Source: an uncultured archaeon
GTDB lineage: Archaea; Thermoplasmatota; Penumbrarchaeia; JASLWR01
Direction of reading: 5' to 3'
Assembly (NCBI GenBank): GCA_964342815.1
Contig: CAYFHS010000049.1
Coordinates: forward strand, 1-17,949
DNA length: 17,949 bases
Position 1 is the stretch's first letter. Each line of letters starts with the position of its first letter. A model generated the notes under the pieces. The model saw nothing but the letters and a program-made list of their open reading frames with translations. It did no database searches and was not told where the DNA came from. This document shows, one piece after another, positions 1 to 8,019 of this stretch. Made by a program: the position numbers and the translations under genes.

Positions 1-378
1 GGCCATGTATACTACCACCGCCATTAAAAGTATCAGGACGAACAGCATTATAATGAAGCCGGTTAAATTTTTCCGATCCATTTGATATTTATAAAGCTTG
101 GGATTCCCGACGGCCTCCAATTTGATGAATTTTGAACTTATTGATATCCAAGAAAGATAAATGAGAATGAAGAGTACTATCTGCAAATATATTTCGTCGA
201 TCCTGCCGCTTATATAAAGAATAACTTCGAATATTGCCCAGAGGATAATCGAGATGTATATCGGCTGTTCACCAAGCCTTAACCTGCTTTCACATCTCTT
301 GCAGGTAATTAATTTTTGATATTGGAAAATTATTTTCAGACAAGGAATACGCTCATTACATTTCGGGCACTTTACCAT
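1..378 (-). CDS. Zn-ribbon (CxxC-x18-CxxC) integral membrane protein, 3'-partial (runs off the window)
   Basis: Not in the ORF track because it has no stop in the window. ATG at 378-376 and GGAGGA at 393-388, just after the stop of the upstream gene. Translation: MVKCPKCNERIPCLKIIFQYQKLITCKRCESRLRLGEQPIYISIILWAIFEVILYISG...LQIVLFILIYLSWISI...NLTGFIIMLFVLILLMAVVVYMA. Two CxxC pairs then three hydrophobic segments; resembles the cxxc_20_cxxc (TIGR04104) layout. Confidence 0.75.
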   Translation of the reverse strand, partial: MVKCPKCNERIPCLKIIFQYQKLITCKRCESRLRLGEQPIYISIILWAIFEVILYISGRIDEIYLQIVLFILIYLSWISISSKFIKLEAVGNPKLYKYQMDRKNLTGFIIMLFVLILLMAVVVYMA

Positions 379-396
379 ATTGTTAGTTCCTCCGGA

Positions 397-3204
397 TCAG
401 GTCAGATTCCCTTTATTATCTTCTTTCTGTTCCTCTAAAAACCAGCAAGTTCTTTTTTCAATATTTTCCGACCTTACCTTACCGAGATCGAGAAGATTGT
501 TCAGGTGATATCGAACGGTACGGGATTCCCTGTCGAGCTTCACCGCAAGCTCCTTTATCTCGATACCAGACTGTTGTTTTACTATCTGAATTATTTCCTT
601 TTGTACCGGAGTTAGAGGTTTTTGCTGGTCTCTCATCCACGTGGGGTAATAAAATTTGAAGTTTCCCTGCTGTTTTGCCTTGATGAGATTTGCATTCGTG
701 AGGCAACGTAAGTGATGCGTTAGAGTACCCTGAGAGACCTTCATGTGTTTTTTGATCTTCCTGAAATGCTTCCCTGGATTATGATTGATATACGCGTAAA
801 GATTGTGCCTTATATCGTTGTCGAGAATCTGTTTCCGTTTTATCCGGGTATAAGCCATCAGGCAGGCAAGTATTACCAAAGAAATCAATATGACTACTGA
901 AAAGATTGTGAAAATACTCGTCCCTTCCTGCTTCCACCTTTTTGGATCACGTGGAAAGGCATCATCCTCATTAGGTACTCCGTCACCATCCCAGTCAAGA
1001 GGCGTTGAAAGAGGGTCATAAGGGTCGCTGCCCTGTTCAAGCTCATAGGTGTCGTTGTAAGTGTCGTTATCGGTATCCTTTTCTCCGTCGGAAGTGGATG
1101 TTTCGTCGTCTTCCGGTCCGCTTCCGGGGTATGATAACGGATTAAATGGATCGCTTCCCTGTTCTAGTTCATAAGTGTCGTTGAAGCTGTCATTGTCTGA
1201 GTCGATTTCTTCCAGTGGGGATGAATCAAGTACCGTGACGTTCAGAGTATCGAATCCCCGGTTCTCGGCTTCATCGTAGACGGTCATTGTAACAGAATAA
1301 TTACCGGGAATATCAAACTTGAAAAAGGGTAACGATGACATGATTATCGAATGGAACAGCATCTGATTCGCATCGTCATATTTAAAAGTCCAGGTCCAAT
1401 TCCAGCATCCGATGTTATCGGAACTGTCCTGGTGGAAGAAGAATTCTACCGTATCGGATTGGTTGATGGTTATGTCAGGGCCTGCGTAGGCGAAGGGGGG
1501 TGTGCTGTCGAGAACGGTGACGTTCAAGGTGTCAGTGTCCCAGTTAGCGTCAGCATCTGAGACTTTCAGTGTTACAATATATTTTTCGACCTTATTGAAT
1601 ATATATTCCGTTGTGATTCCATATCGATATATCTCCTTTTGCCCGTTGAAAAAACTCCACGTGTAATTGACTATGCCTACATTGTCAAATGACTCATTTG
1701 CATTGAAATAGGCATTTTCATGTTGATCTATAATGATGTCCGAACCCGCTTCTGCTATCGGAAAAACATTATCCTTAACAATAACAAATATCCTATCACT
1801 TGTTCCTTGTCCACATTCATTTTCTACAGTCAAAGTGACAATGTATTTTCCAAAAATATGAAAAGCGAAAATTTGTTCAGGTCCATATAAAAACTGTTCT
1901 TTCCCATCATAAGTGAAATTCCAAGCATATTTGACAATATATTCATGACCAACACACGCTGAACTATTAAAAATCACATTTTCATGTTGAATTACAGTTA
2001 TATCGGGACCTGCATTGGCAAGGGGTATGGGTATACGATTTGGATTGGTCATCGGAAAGATATCTTTCGATCCAGCCGAACCCCCTATTACATACGGTTG
2101 ATCCACAATCCCATCTATATTTATGTCCGGCCCTGTCCAATCAGACCAATAATTACCAATTAGATCTTTATTCCATTTGTTTTTAGTTCCATTATCAACT
2201 GCTTGGACATTACCATAATTATTATCAATAAAAATGTTGTTAAAAATTATGTTATCATGAGTATTGTTATGGAGCATTATGCCATAGTTGATGTTAGACC
2301 TGCATTTGTTTTTTGTAAAGACGTTGGCATGACTCGAATGGCTTATACCATTGTATAAGGAAATGCCATAATTATTTAGAGAACATGAATTATTGATGAT
2401 TTGGTTATTTGCAGAGTTCGATGAAGAGATTCCTTCACCATCATTCAAATCACATTTATTATTAGTAATTATATTAAGATCGGAATAACTAAATGAAATA
2501 CCCTCAAATTTATTTGAATTGCATGTATTTTTAGAAATAATGTTGTCGTTTGAGTAATAAAATGATATTCCATTCCTGTAATTATTGTTACAAGTATTAT
2601 TGCTGATATGGTTATTGTGAGAATACTGTACGTAGATGCTTTCATCATTATTGGATAGTATATTGTTCTCGATAGTATTGTTATTAGAATATTGAAGGTA
2701 GATACCAAGACCCTCATGAAGGGAGACATTCGTCACATTATTTTTCTCAATTCGGCAATGGTTTGCATCCTTCAATAGAATGCCATACATTATTGCACTG
2801 CCTCTTGAGTAAGATTTTACCGAAATCCTAAATCCAATGAATTTTACCCTGTTTGCATTAATCAAAACAGCAACATTTTCTCCCAGATAAGGAGAGGGAT
2901 AATTAATCACTGTATTCTGATAATCTGTGCTTATTAAATCTAATTTTTTACTGATGGTAATATTCTCATAATATGACCCCGCCTCAACATAAATCGTATC
3001 CCCATCACTGGCGTTGTCTATCGCCCACTGAATATGTGTGTAATCCCCGCCTCCCGACGCATTCACAAATATTGTGCTACCTCTTACTTCGTCACCATAT
3101 TCCCCTTGGCCAGGCCACCGTTTGCTCTCTGTTAATCGAGGAACCGTTATAATCATTAAAAATACAATAACGATCGTTAAACATCTTTGCATGATCCGGC
3201 CCAT
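397..3204 (-). CDS. Membrane-anchored NosD/CASH beta-helix + 3 PKD + acidic TSP3-like repeats + TM + tandem winged-HTH protein (COG3398-like C-terminus)
   Basis: N-terminal hydrophobic signal; VNASGGGDYTHIQWAIDNA start of the beta-helix; Asn-rich parallel beta-helix repeats; three PxAxAGxD...YxWxF...GxYxVTLxV PKD repeats; DSDNDSFNDTYELEQGSDP repeats; TM IFTIFSVVILISLVILACLMAY; two wHTH units (NPGKHFRKIKKHMKVSQGTLTHHL and SGIEIKELAVKLDRESRTVRYHL). The start could be Met at 3192. Confidence 0.85.
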   Translation of the reverse strand: MGRIMQRCLTIVIVFLMIITVPRLTESKRWPGQGEYGDEVRGSTIFVNASGGGDYTHIQWAIDNASDGDTIYVEAGSYYENITISKKLDLISTDYQNTVINYPSPYLGENVAVLINANRVKFIGFRISVKSYSRGSAIMYGILLKDANHCRIEKNNVTNVSLHEGLGIYLQYSNNNTIENNILSNNDESIYVQYSHNNHISNNTCNNNYRNGISFYYSNDNIISKNTCNSNKFEGISFSYSDLNIITNNKCDLNDGEGISSSNSANNQIINNSCSLNNYGISLYNGISHSSHANVFTKNKCRSNINYGIMLHNNTHDNIIFNNIFIDNNYGNVQAVDNGTKNKWNKDLIGNYWSDWTGPDINIDGIVDQPYVIGGSAGSKDIFPMTNPNRIPIPLANAGPDITVIQHENVIFNSSACVGHEYIVKYAWNFTYDGKEQFLYGPEQIFAFHIFGKYIVTLTVENECGQGTSDRIFVIVKDNVFPIAEAGSDIIIDQHENAYFNANESFDNVGIVNYTWSFFNGQKEIYRYGITTEYIFNKVEKYIVTLKVSDADANWDTDTLNVTVLDSTPPFAYAGPDITINQSDTVEFFFHQDSSDNIGCWNWTWTFKYDDANQMLFHSIIMSSLPFFKFDIPGNYSVTMTVYDEAENRGFDTLNVTVLDSSPLEEIDSDNDSFNDTYELEQGSDPFNPLSYPGSGPEDDETSTSDGEKDTDNDTYNDTYELEQGSDPYDPLSTPLDWDGDGVPNEDDAFPRDPKRWKQEGTSIFTIFSVVILISLVILACLMAYTRIKRKQILDNDIRHNLYAYINHNPGKHFRKIKKHMKVSQGTLTHHLRCLTNANLIKAKQQGNFKFYYPTWMRDQQKPLTPVQKEIIQIVKQQSGIEIKELAVKLDRESRTVRYHLNNLLDLGKVRSENIEKRTCWFLEEQKEDNKGNLT
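1003..1205 (-). repeat. Intragenic duplicated acidic Ca-binding-like (TSP3-type) module
   Basis: DSDNDSFNDTYELEQGSDPFNPLS and DTDNDTYNDTYELEQGSDPYDPLS; the DNA copies are diverged mostly at synonymous sites. Confidence 0.8.
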
Positions 3205-3344
3205 GAGACATCACTCTAGTCAGATACGCGGTCCTATCCAAGTTTAAAATACACATAACTCATATTTAACCTCATTGGTACAAGATTAACCAATGAGTTA
3301 ATAACAACGGGCTTGATTAGAAAGTTAAATGTAGGAACGGATAA

Positions 3345-4733
3345 TCACTCTCGAAATACTCGAATAGCTCTCAAAACCCTGTAAAGCTTGCTGGATCGTA
3401 TCTTTTCTAGATCTACGTAAAACTCCCTCATTATCTGCAGCTTTTCCTCAAGTTTTTCTTTTTCCGTTTTCAGTTTGTTAATTTCCTTCAGCCGCTTTCT
3501 AACTTCCTTATCCGTATCGTCCTTCTCCGCTTCCTGCATTATTTTCTTTATTGCAAGGTCCATGAATCGATCCCTTTTCAACCGCAGCGCCTTCAATAGA
3601 GATTTCTGTTTTTTTCGCAGCTCGGGGGTGCATCCTGCACAGTATTTTGCCGGAAGACCCACCTTTGCATTATCTCGCAGCAGCGAAAAGAAATGTCCGT
3701 ACCAGATATCCTCGAGACTTTGCTTCGCGAGCCCTTCCGGCGACAAGTAATCTTTTCCTCTCTCCTCCTCATAGGTGGAAACGCTGCAGGGACCGAACAC
3801 TCCCGACGGGCGGATCATCATTGTAAGGAATGGCTCTAAACAGTATACATTCTTTGGGTCCAGCTGTCCTATGATATCGTCCTTTCCTGCTTCATCCTTT
3901 TTTTTCCCATCATCAAGCGTCTTGGGTGCTTGCGGTTGAGGTTCCTCAGTTGGCTCTAAAGGCCCGATTTCGATTCCCATGCGAAGTGATCTTGATAATG
4001 AACGTAAGCGTGGCATATCATTTACGAACTTTATAATCTGTTCTTCCCCAATGATCGAATCCTCATTCGTATCATCGGAAAGAGAAAATCCCGCTTTTAT
4101 GATTAGCGTGCTTACACCCTTTCTTTTGGCAAATTTCAGCATGCTTCCCACTTCATCCAGGTTGCGCGCGATCAAGGGCATGTATATGTCGATGACGGGC
4201 AAAGTCATACCCAATTCATCTTTCATGTCCTGAAACAACTCCAATCCTTCCACAACCCGCGAGAACGCCCCCTTGGTGGAAACGATCTCATCATTCTTTT
4301 CCATTTCGGGAGAAGGAAGGCATATCACTATGCGGTCCCAGGCGATTTCCACCAAATTGCTGATAATGTCCGGTGTGAACATCGTTCCATTCGTATGCAG
4401 TTCGCCGTAATAGAGATTATTCTTTATGAACCTCATGGAATCTATCAGAGAGTCCCTCATTAACATGGGTTCACCCCCACCGGAAATGATCCATTCCTTC
4501 ACCCCCATTTTGCATCCTTCTTTTACTATCTTATCCAGTACTTCCCTTTCGATATTTCCATGAGGTCCCGCCTCTTTGTTTTCTCCTTCCCAGCTCCATA
4601 TGGATTTCAAATTGCTCTTGTCCGTAGGATGCAGCACGATCCTGAACGGCGGGCGGGGAATGCCAAGATCCCAGTACAACACTCTTTTCAATTCGTTCTT
4701 CAAGGAAGATATGCCTCCTTTTATTCGATTCAT
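3345..4733 (-). CDS. Radical SAM/SPASM(Twitch)-fold protein lacking the CxxxCxxC cysteines (SxxxSxxS), with C-terminal coiled coil
   Basis: PFRIVLHPTDKSNLKSIWSW sits where the radical SAM motif belongs; ISGGGEPML (GGEP motif); LHTNGT; auxiliary-domain Cys C298 (YCLEPF), C316 (GVFGPC), C365/C368 (YCAGC); C-terminal heptad-rich helix. Confidence 0.85.
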   Translation of the reverse strand: MNRIKGGISSLKNELKRVLYWDLGIPRPPFRIVLHPTDKSNLKSIWSWEGENKEAGPHGNIEREVLDKIVKEGCKMGVKEWIISGGGEPMLMRDSLIDSMRFIKNNLYYGELHTNGTMFTPDIISNLVEIAWDRIVICLPSPEMEKNDEIVSTKGAFSRVVEGLELFQDMKDELGMTLPVIDIYMPLIARNLDEVGSMLKFAKRKGVSTLIIKAGFSLSDDTNEDSIIGEEQIIKFVNDMPRLRSLSRSLRMGIEIGPLEPTEEPQPQAPKTLDDGKKKDEAGKDDIIGQLDPKNVYCLEPFLTMMIRPSGVFGPCSVSTYEEERGKDYLSPEGLAKQSLEDIWYGHFFSLLRDNAKVGLPAKYCAGCTPELRKKQKSLLKALRLKRDRFMDLAIKKIMQEAEKDDTDKEVRKRLKEINKLKTEKEKLEEKLQIMREFYVDLEKIRSSKLYRVLRAIRVFRE

Positions 4734-4753
4734 AAGGTAATAGGTCGATTTTG

Positions 4754-4765
4754 TTATATATTCTC
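4754..4765 (-). promoter_or_regulatory. Putative BRE/TATA box for a leaderless radical SAM-like transcript
   Basis: Minus strand GAGAA-TATATAA; the TATA element starts 27 nt before the ATG at 4733 and there is no SD-like sequence. Confidence 0.5.
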
Positions 4766-4951
4766 AATGGTACGAAATTCGCAGCTTGACAATCTTCGAC
4801 AAATCAGAGATTTGCCTGGTCCCATTTCATTCTGCATAATCAATATTCATCTTATTTGTCAAGTAGCGAAGCATCTATCGATACCTCCGATTTGTCAGTT
4901 GGTGACATGTTAAACCGTTACTTGGCAAGTAGTTACCTGTCATAGTTCGCG

Positions 4952-5164
4952 TTATCGTCCGAATGGGTAACATCCCCGATACTGGGACATTCCCTCTAGG
5001 AATGTATCTATCCCGTCCAACACGTCGGTAGAAATGAGCCGCATCAGAGCCGTTTGGGCCAGCATAATCTGACCGCACACTTGCGGGCGGGGATAGAAAC
5101 CTCCGTAGGCACACATGCCGAGGATGCAGTTGAATTTCTGATTCATCGTAGCGTAAGCGGGCAT
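4952..5164 (-). CDS. Possible small Cys-containing hypothetical protein (70 aa); alternatively part of a structured RNA
   Basis: Open frame with C/G-ending codons (ttc aac tgc atc ctc ggc) in a GC-rich island. No SD, a stop codon directly upstream, and no recognised family. Confidence 0.3.
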   Translation of the reverse strand: MPAYATMNQKFNCILGMCAYGGFYPRPQVCGQIMLAQTALMRLISTDVLDGIDTFLEGMSQYRGCYPFGR

Positions 5165-5390
5165 TTAGGATGTTTCAATATGAAATATGCGTTTGAAAAC
5201 GTAGATATCGCCGAATGAATTTGTAATGCCGTTCTAGTATTAATCCGATTTTGTCCTTATCATATTTTTCTTCTTTTGCTAACCTTGTGCGGCTGCCTAA
5301 ATGGTATTTGGAGAAAGTACGTATGTTTAGTTATTAAAAGACCTTTTAACCCAAATTTATTTTACTTTTATTGGCCATTACAGAATTTAC

Positions 5391-6338
5391 ATGATTGAGA
5401 CTTATGGACTTACGAAGGTTTTCAAGAATTTCCGGCGTCCACCAGTGACCGCTGTAGATAATATCGATTACAGTGTTGAAGAAGGCACTATCTTTGGTTA
5501 CTTGGGGCCGAACGGAGCGGGAAAGACAACCACCATAAAGATGATCTCCACTATCCTGCCACCAACTTCCGGTACGGCGAGAGTATGTGGGTTCGATATA
5601 ATCAAACAACCTCTTGAAGTAAAAAAACACATCGGTTTGATGCCGGAGAATTCAGGTTTCTACGGAAATTTAACCGGTATGAATGTGTTGATGTATTATG
5701 GAGAATTCTATGGCAAACCAAAAAAAGTGCGTCGGGCAAGGGCTCTGGAACTGCTGGAAGATATTGGTCTGGGAGACGCAATTTACCGTAAGGTAAAGAA
5801 TTATTCCCACGGTATGCGTAAACGGCTTACTTTCTGTGTAGCACTATTCAACGAGCCGGAACTTTTAATATTGGATGAACCGACATCAGGTCTAGACCCG
5901 CAGGGGACCTACGAGTTCAGAAACAGAATAAAGAGCTTGAGAAATCAAGGCATTACAATTTTTATTTCATCTCATCTTCTAACGGAAGTGGAACAGATAT
6001 GTGACATGGTGGGAATCATACACAAGGGCAAAATTGTTGATTCGGGATCCATTGATTATCTGCAAAAAAAGATCGAAGGCAGTTCCACGGAAATGACAGT
6101 TGTATTTCAACTTGATAATATTACTGAAGACTTGCTATCATCGTTTGGAGAGAGGGATGGTATTAAGGCTGCTCAGAAGGTGGGTAATGAATATTTTTTC
6201 AGAGTGGATTCAAAAAAACGTATTCCGGAAGTTAACGATGAACTTGTAAAGAATGGAGTGGGTGTTTATTCCATAAACATTAAACACGTGTCCTTGGAAG
6301 ACATTTATCTTAATCTCACTGGTGGGGGTGGGAATTGA
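5391..6338 (+). CDS. ABC-2 type exporter ATP-binding subunit (CcmA/DrrA-like)
   Basis: Walker A GPNGAGKTT, signature YSHGM, Walker B LILDEP, H-loop ISSH, C-terminal SLEDIYLNLT typical of ABC-2 ATPases. Confidence 0.95.
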   Translation: MIETYGLTKVFKNFRRPPVTAVDNIDYSVEEGTIFGYLGPNGAGKTTTIKMISTILPPTSGTARVCGFDIIKQPLEVKKHIGLMPENSGFYGNLTGMNVLMYYGEFYGKPKKVRRARALELLEDIGLGDAIYRKVKNYSHGMRKRLTFCVALFNEPELLILDEPTSGLDPQGTYEFRNRIKSLRNQGITIFISSHLLTEVEQICDMVGIIHKGKIVDSGSIDYLQKKIEGSSTEMTVVFQLDNITEDLLSSFGERDGIKAAQKVGNEYFFRVDSKKRIPEVNDELVKNGVGVYSINIKHVSLEDIYLNLTGGGGN

Positions 6339-7930
6339 TGAGTGAAAAAGTAGCCGGATCCACTTCAATAAATGACACGGAAACCAAGAGTGCCGGTAGG
6401 AGTTCCTATATAAGGCATCTTTTTCGGGGGATCAAGGTTATAGCTAAATGGGAATTCATTCAAAACCTGAAAACTGTACGAATGCTCGTATTGGTCATTA
6501 TTTTTTCGCTTGTGATGCTGGGCGGCTCATACGGATTAACGACTTTATTCACACAGTCACCGGCGGATATATCCCTAAAAATTCCCGAAGATATCATCAA
6601 AGAGGCCATGGGTAACGTGTTTATATCCGCACATGTGCTTGACCTGGATGAAGACGGATATGCCAATGACGTTAAGATCTTCACTTATCGAGGGAATGGT
6701 GAAACTGAAAAAAACCGGGAATTTCGGGCTTACGAGCAATTCGGAATAAAACTTCCTAACGGTTTAAACCAAACTAACTCTGATGGTATTGCAATATATT
6801 ACGACGTTCCTGAGGGTAAATATCAAGCTGAACTTATCGAAAGAACTGCCAGTACAACTTTCACAATTGAAGAGCATAATCTACCTGTACAACAGTTATC
6901 AATAAATGTCGTCCCAGTTTTCGATCTCGAATTGGGTGAAATTTCATTAGGAGGGGAAACCAACCTGAATGACCTGATCGGTGATTACCGACAGGTCGGC
7001 GTAATCGTCCACGTTGTCGACGCCAAGGGAAATCTTTTGGATAATACTACGGTTTTGGTGAATGATGAACAATCCGGTATGACAAATTATACAGGTACAT
7101 TGCCAGTGGATATGGAACCGGGAACATACTCCATCGTTGCATCCCATTCCGGATCATATTCCGGTAAAGAGGAAGTCATAATCTTCAAAACCAGGGTAAT
7201 AAAAGAAGAAGGATCCTTTGCCGGTCTTCCAGTCAATCTTGGCCCCGATTTTGTGATAATAATTGTCGCCTCGATAGCAGGATTCATCATTTCGCTTTCA
7301 GCCATTGTACTTTCCTTTGACGCAATATCGAGAGAAAAAGCCGACAAGGCTCTCGATATATTGCTTACAAAACCCTTTCCAAGAGAATCGGTTATACTGG
7401 GAAAATACCTTGGTATTACCGGAGCCATGACCGCACCATTCGTAGTAGTGATGTTCGGAGCCATTTGGATCATGTCTCTTGTATCCGATAAGTGGCCTAG
7501 TCCGTCGGTGATAGTTACTTTTATTGGATTTATGATACTTTTAATAGCGATTTACATTGCAATCGAGATATTCGTTTCCATACTTGCCAAAACCACCGGC
7601 ACTGCAATCTTGGCGGGAATAGGTGTCTGGGTTCTTCTGAATATGCTGTGGGGTGTACTCGGTCTTGGTATCTCCGAGCTGTTCGGTCTCGAGACAGTTT
7701 CTGTGACCAATTACATGTCTCTTCTCAATCCCTCCGACCTTTTCCTCGTATGCCTTTCCATCGTGTCCACCGATGCTCTAATCGCCAGTATCGGAGCGGA
7801 AGAGCTGAAGAATTCCATAAACATTGAATTCGCTTTCGCCGAATGGGTTTTCTTCTTAGCCTTTGGGCTCTGGTTTGTAGTATCTCTTGGTGGTGCAATC
7901 CTTTTATTCAAGAAAAAAGAGGATCTATGA
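6338..7930 (+). CDS. ABC-2 type permease with large extracytoplasmic beta-sandwich insert
   Basis: TGATG overlap with the ATPase stop puts the ATG at 6338 rather than the TTG at 6335. First TM (MLVLVIIFSLVMLGGSYG), about 240-aa soluble insert, then FDAISREKADKALDILLTKPFPRESVILGKYLG and several TM helices. Confidence 0.9.
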   Translation: MSEKVAGSTSINDTETKSAGRSSYIRHLFRGIKVIAKWEFIQNLKTVRMLVLVIIFSLVMLGGSYGLTTLFTQSPADISLKIPEDIIKEAMGNVFISAHVLDLDEDGYANDVKIFTYRGNGETEKNREFRAYEQFGIKLPNGLNQTNSDGIAIYYDVPEGKYQAELIERTASTTFTIEEHNLPVQQLSINVVPVFDLELGEISLGGETNLNDLIGDYRQVGVIVHVVDAKGNLLDNTTVLVNDEQSGMTNYTGTLPVDMEPGTYSIVASHSGSYSGKEEVIIFKTRVIKEEGSFAGLPVNLGPDFVIIIVASIAGFIISLSAIVLSFDAISREKADKALDILLTKPFPRESVILGKYLGITGAMTAPFVVVMFGAIWIMSLVSDKWPSPSVIVTFIGFMILLIAIYIAIEIFVSILAKTTGTAILAGIGVWVLLNMLWGVLGLGISELFGLETVSVTNYMSLLNPSDLFLVCLSIVSTDALIASIGAEELKNSINIEFAFAEWVFFLAFGLWFVVSLGGAILLFKKKEDL

Positions 7931-7938
7931 AAAACCAC

Positions 7939-7953
7939 TTTTTTAGAAAAAAA
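7939..7953. terminator. Bidirectional oligo-T terminator between convergent genes
   Basis: T6 at 7939-7944 (+) and A7 at 7947-7953 (T7 on -), between the permease stop and the aldolase stop; matches archaeal oligo-T termination. Confidence 0.5.
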
Positions 7954-8019
7954 GCGGCCCAAAAAACGAACATATGATCGGTGTTTCCTATTTGATAAAA
8001 AACAAATCTATCTTTTCCG

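Noticed and set aside
5007-5125. SRP RNA, tRNA, hammerhead ribozyme or FMN riboswitch
   Set aside because: Partial look-alikes only (CAG..AGCA, GGGCGGGG, CUGAUGC). The GNRA helix 8, the T-loop GTTCRA, the CUGAUGA/GAAA core and the FMN consensus are missing.
4952-5164. RiPP precursor for the neighbouring radical SAM/SPASM protein
   Set aside because: The enzyme lacks the SAM-cluster cysteines, has its own TATA 27 nt above its ATG, and lies 218 nt away. Kept only as an unresolved small ORF or RNA.
397-7930. nosD-nosF-nosY copper/N2O reductase maturation set
   Set aside because: The NosD-type helix is part of a TM-HTH receptor transcribed away from the ABC genes, and there is no nosZ or nosL. 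Such beta-helices are common in archaeal surface proteins.
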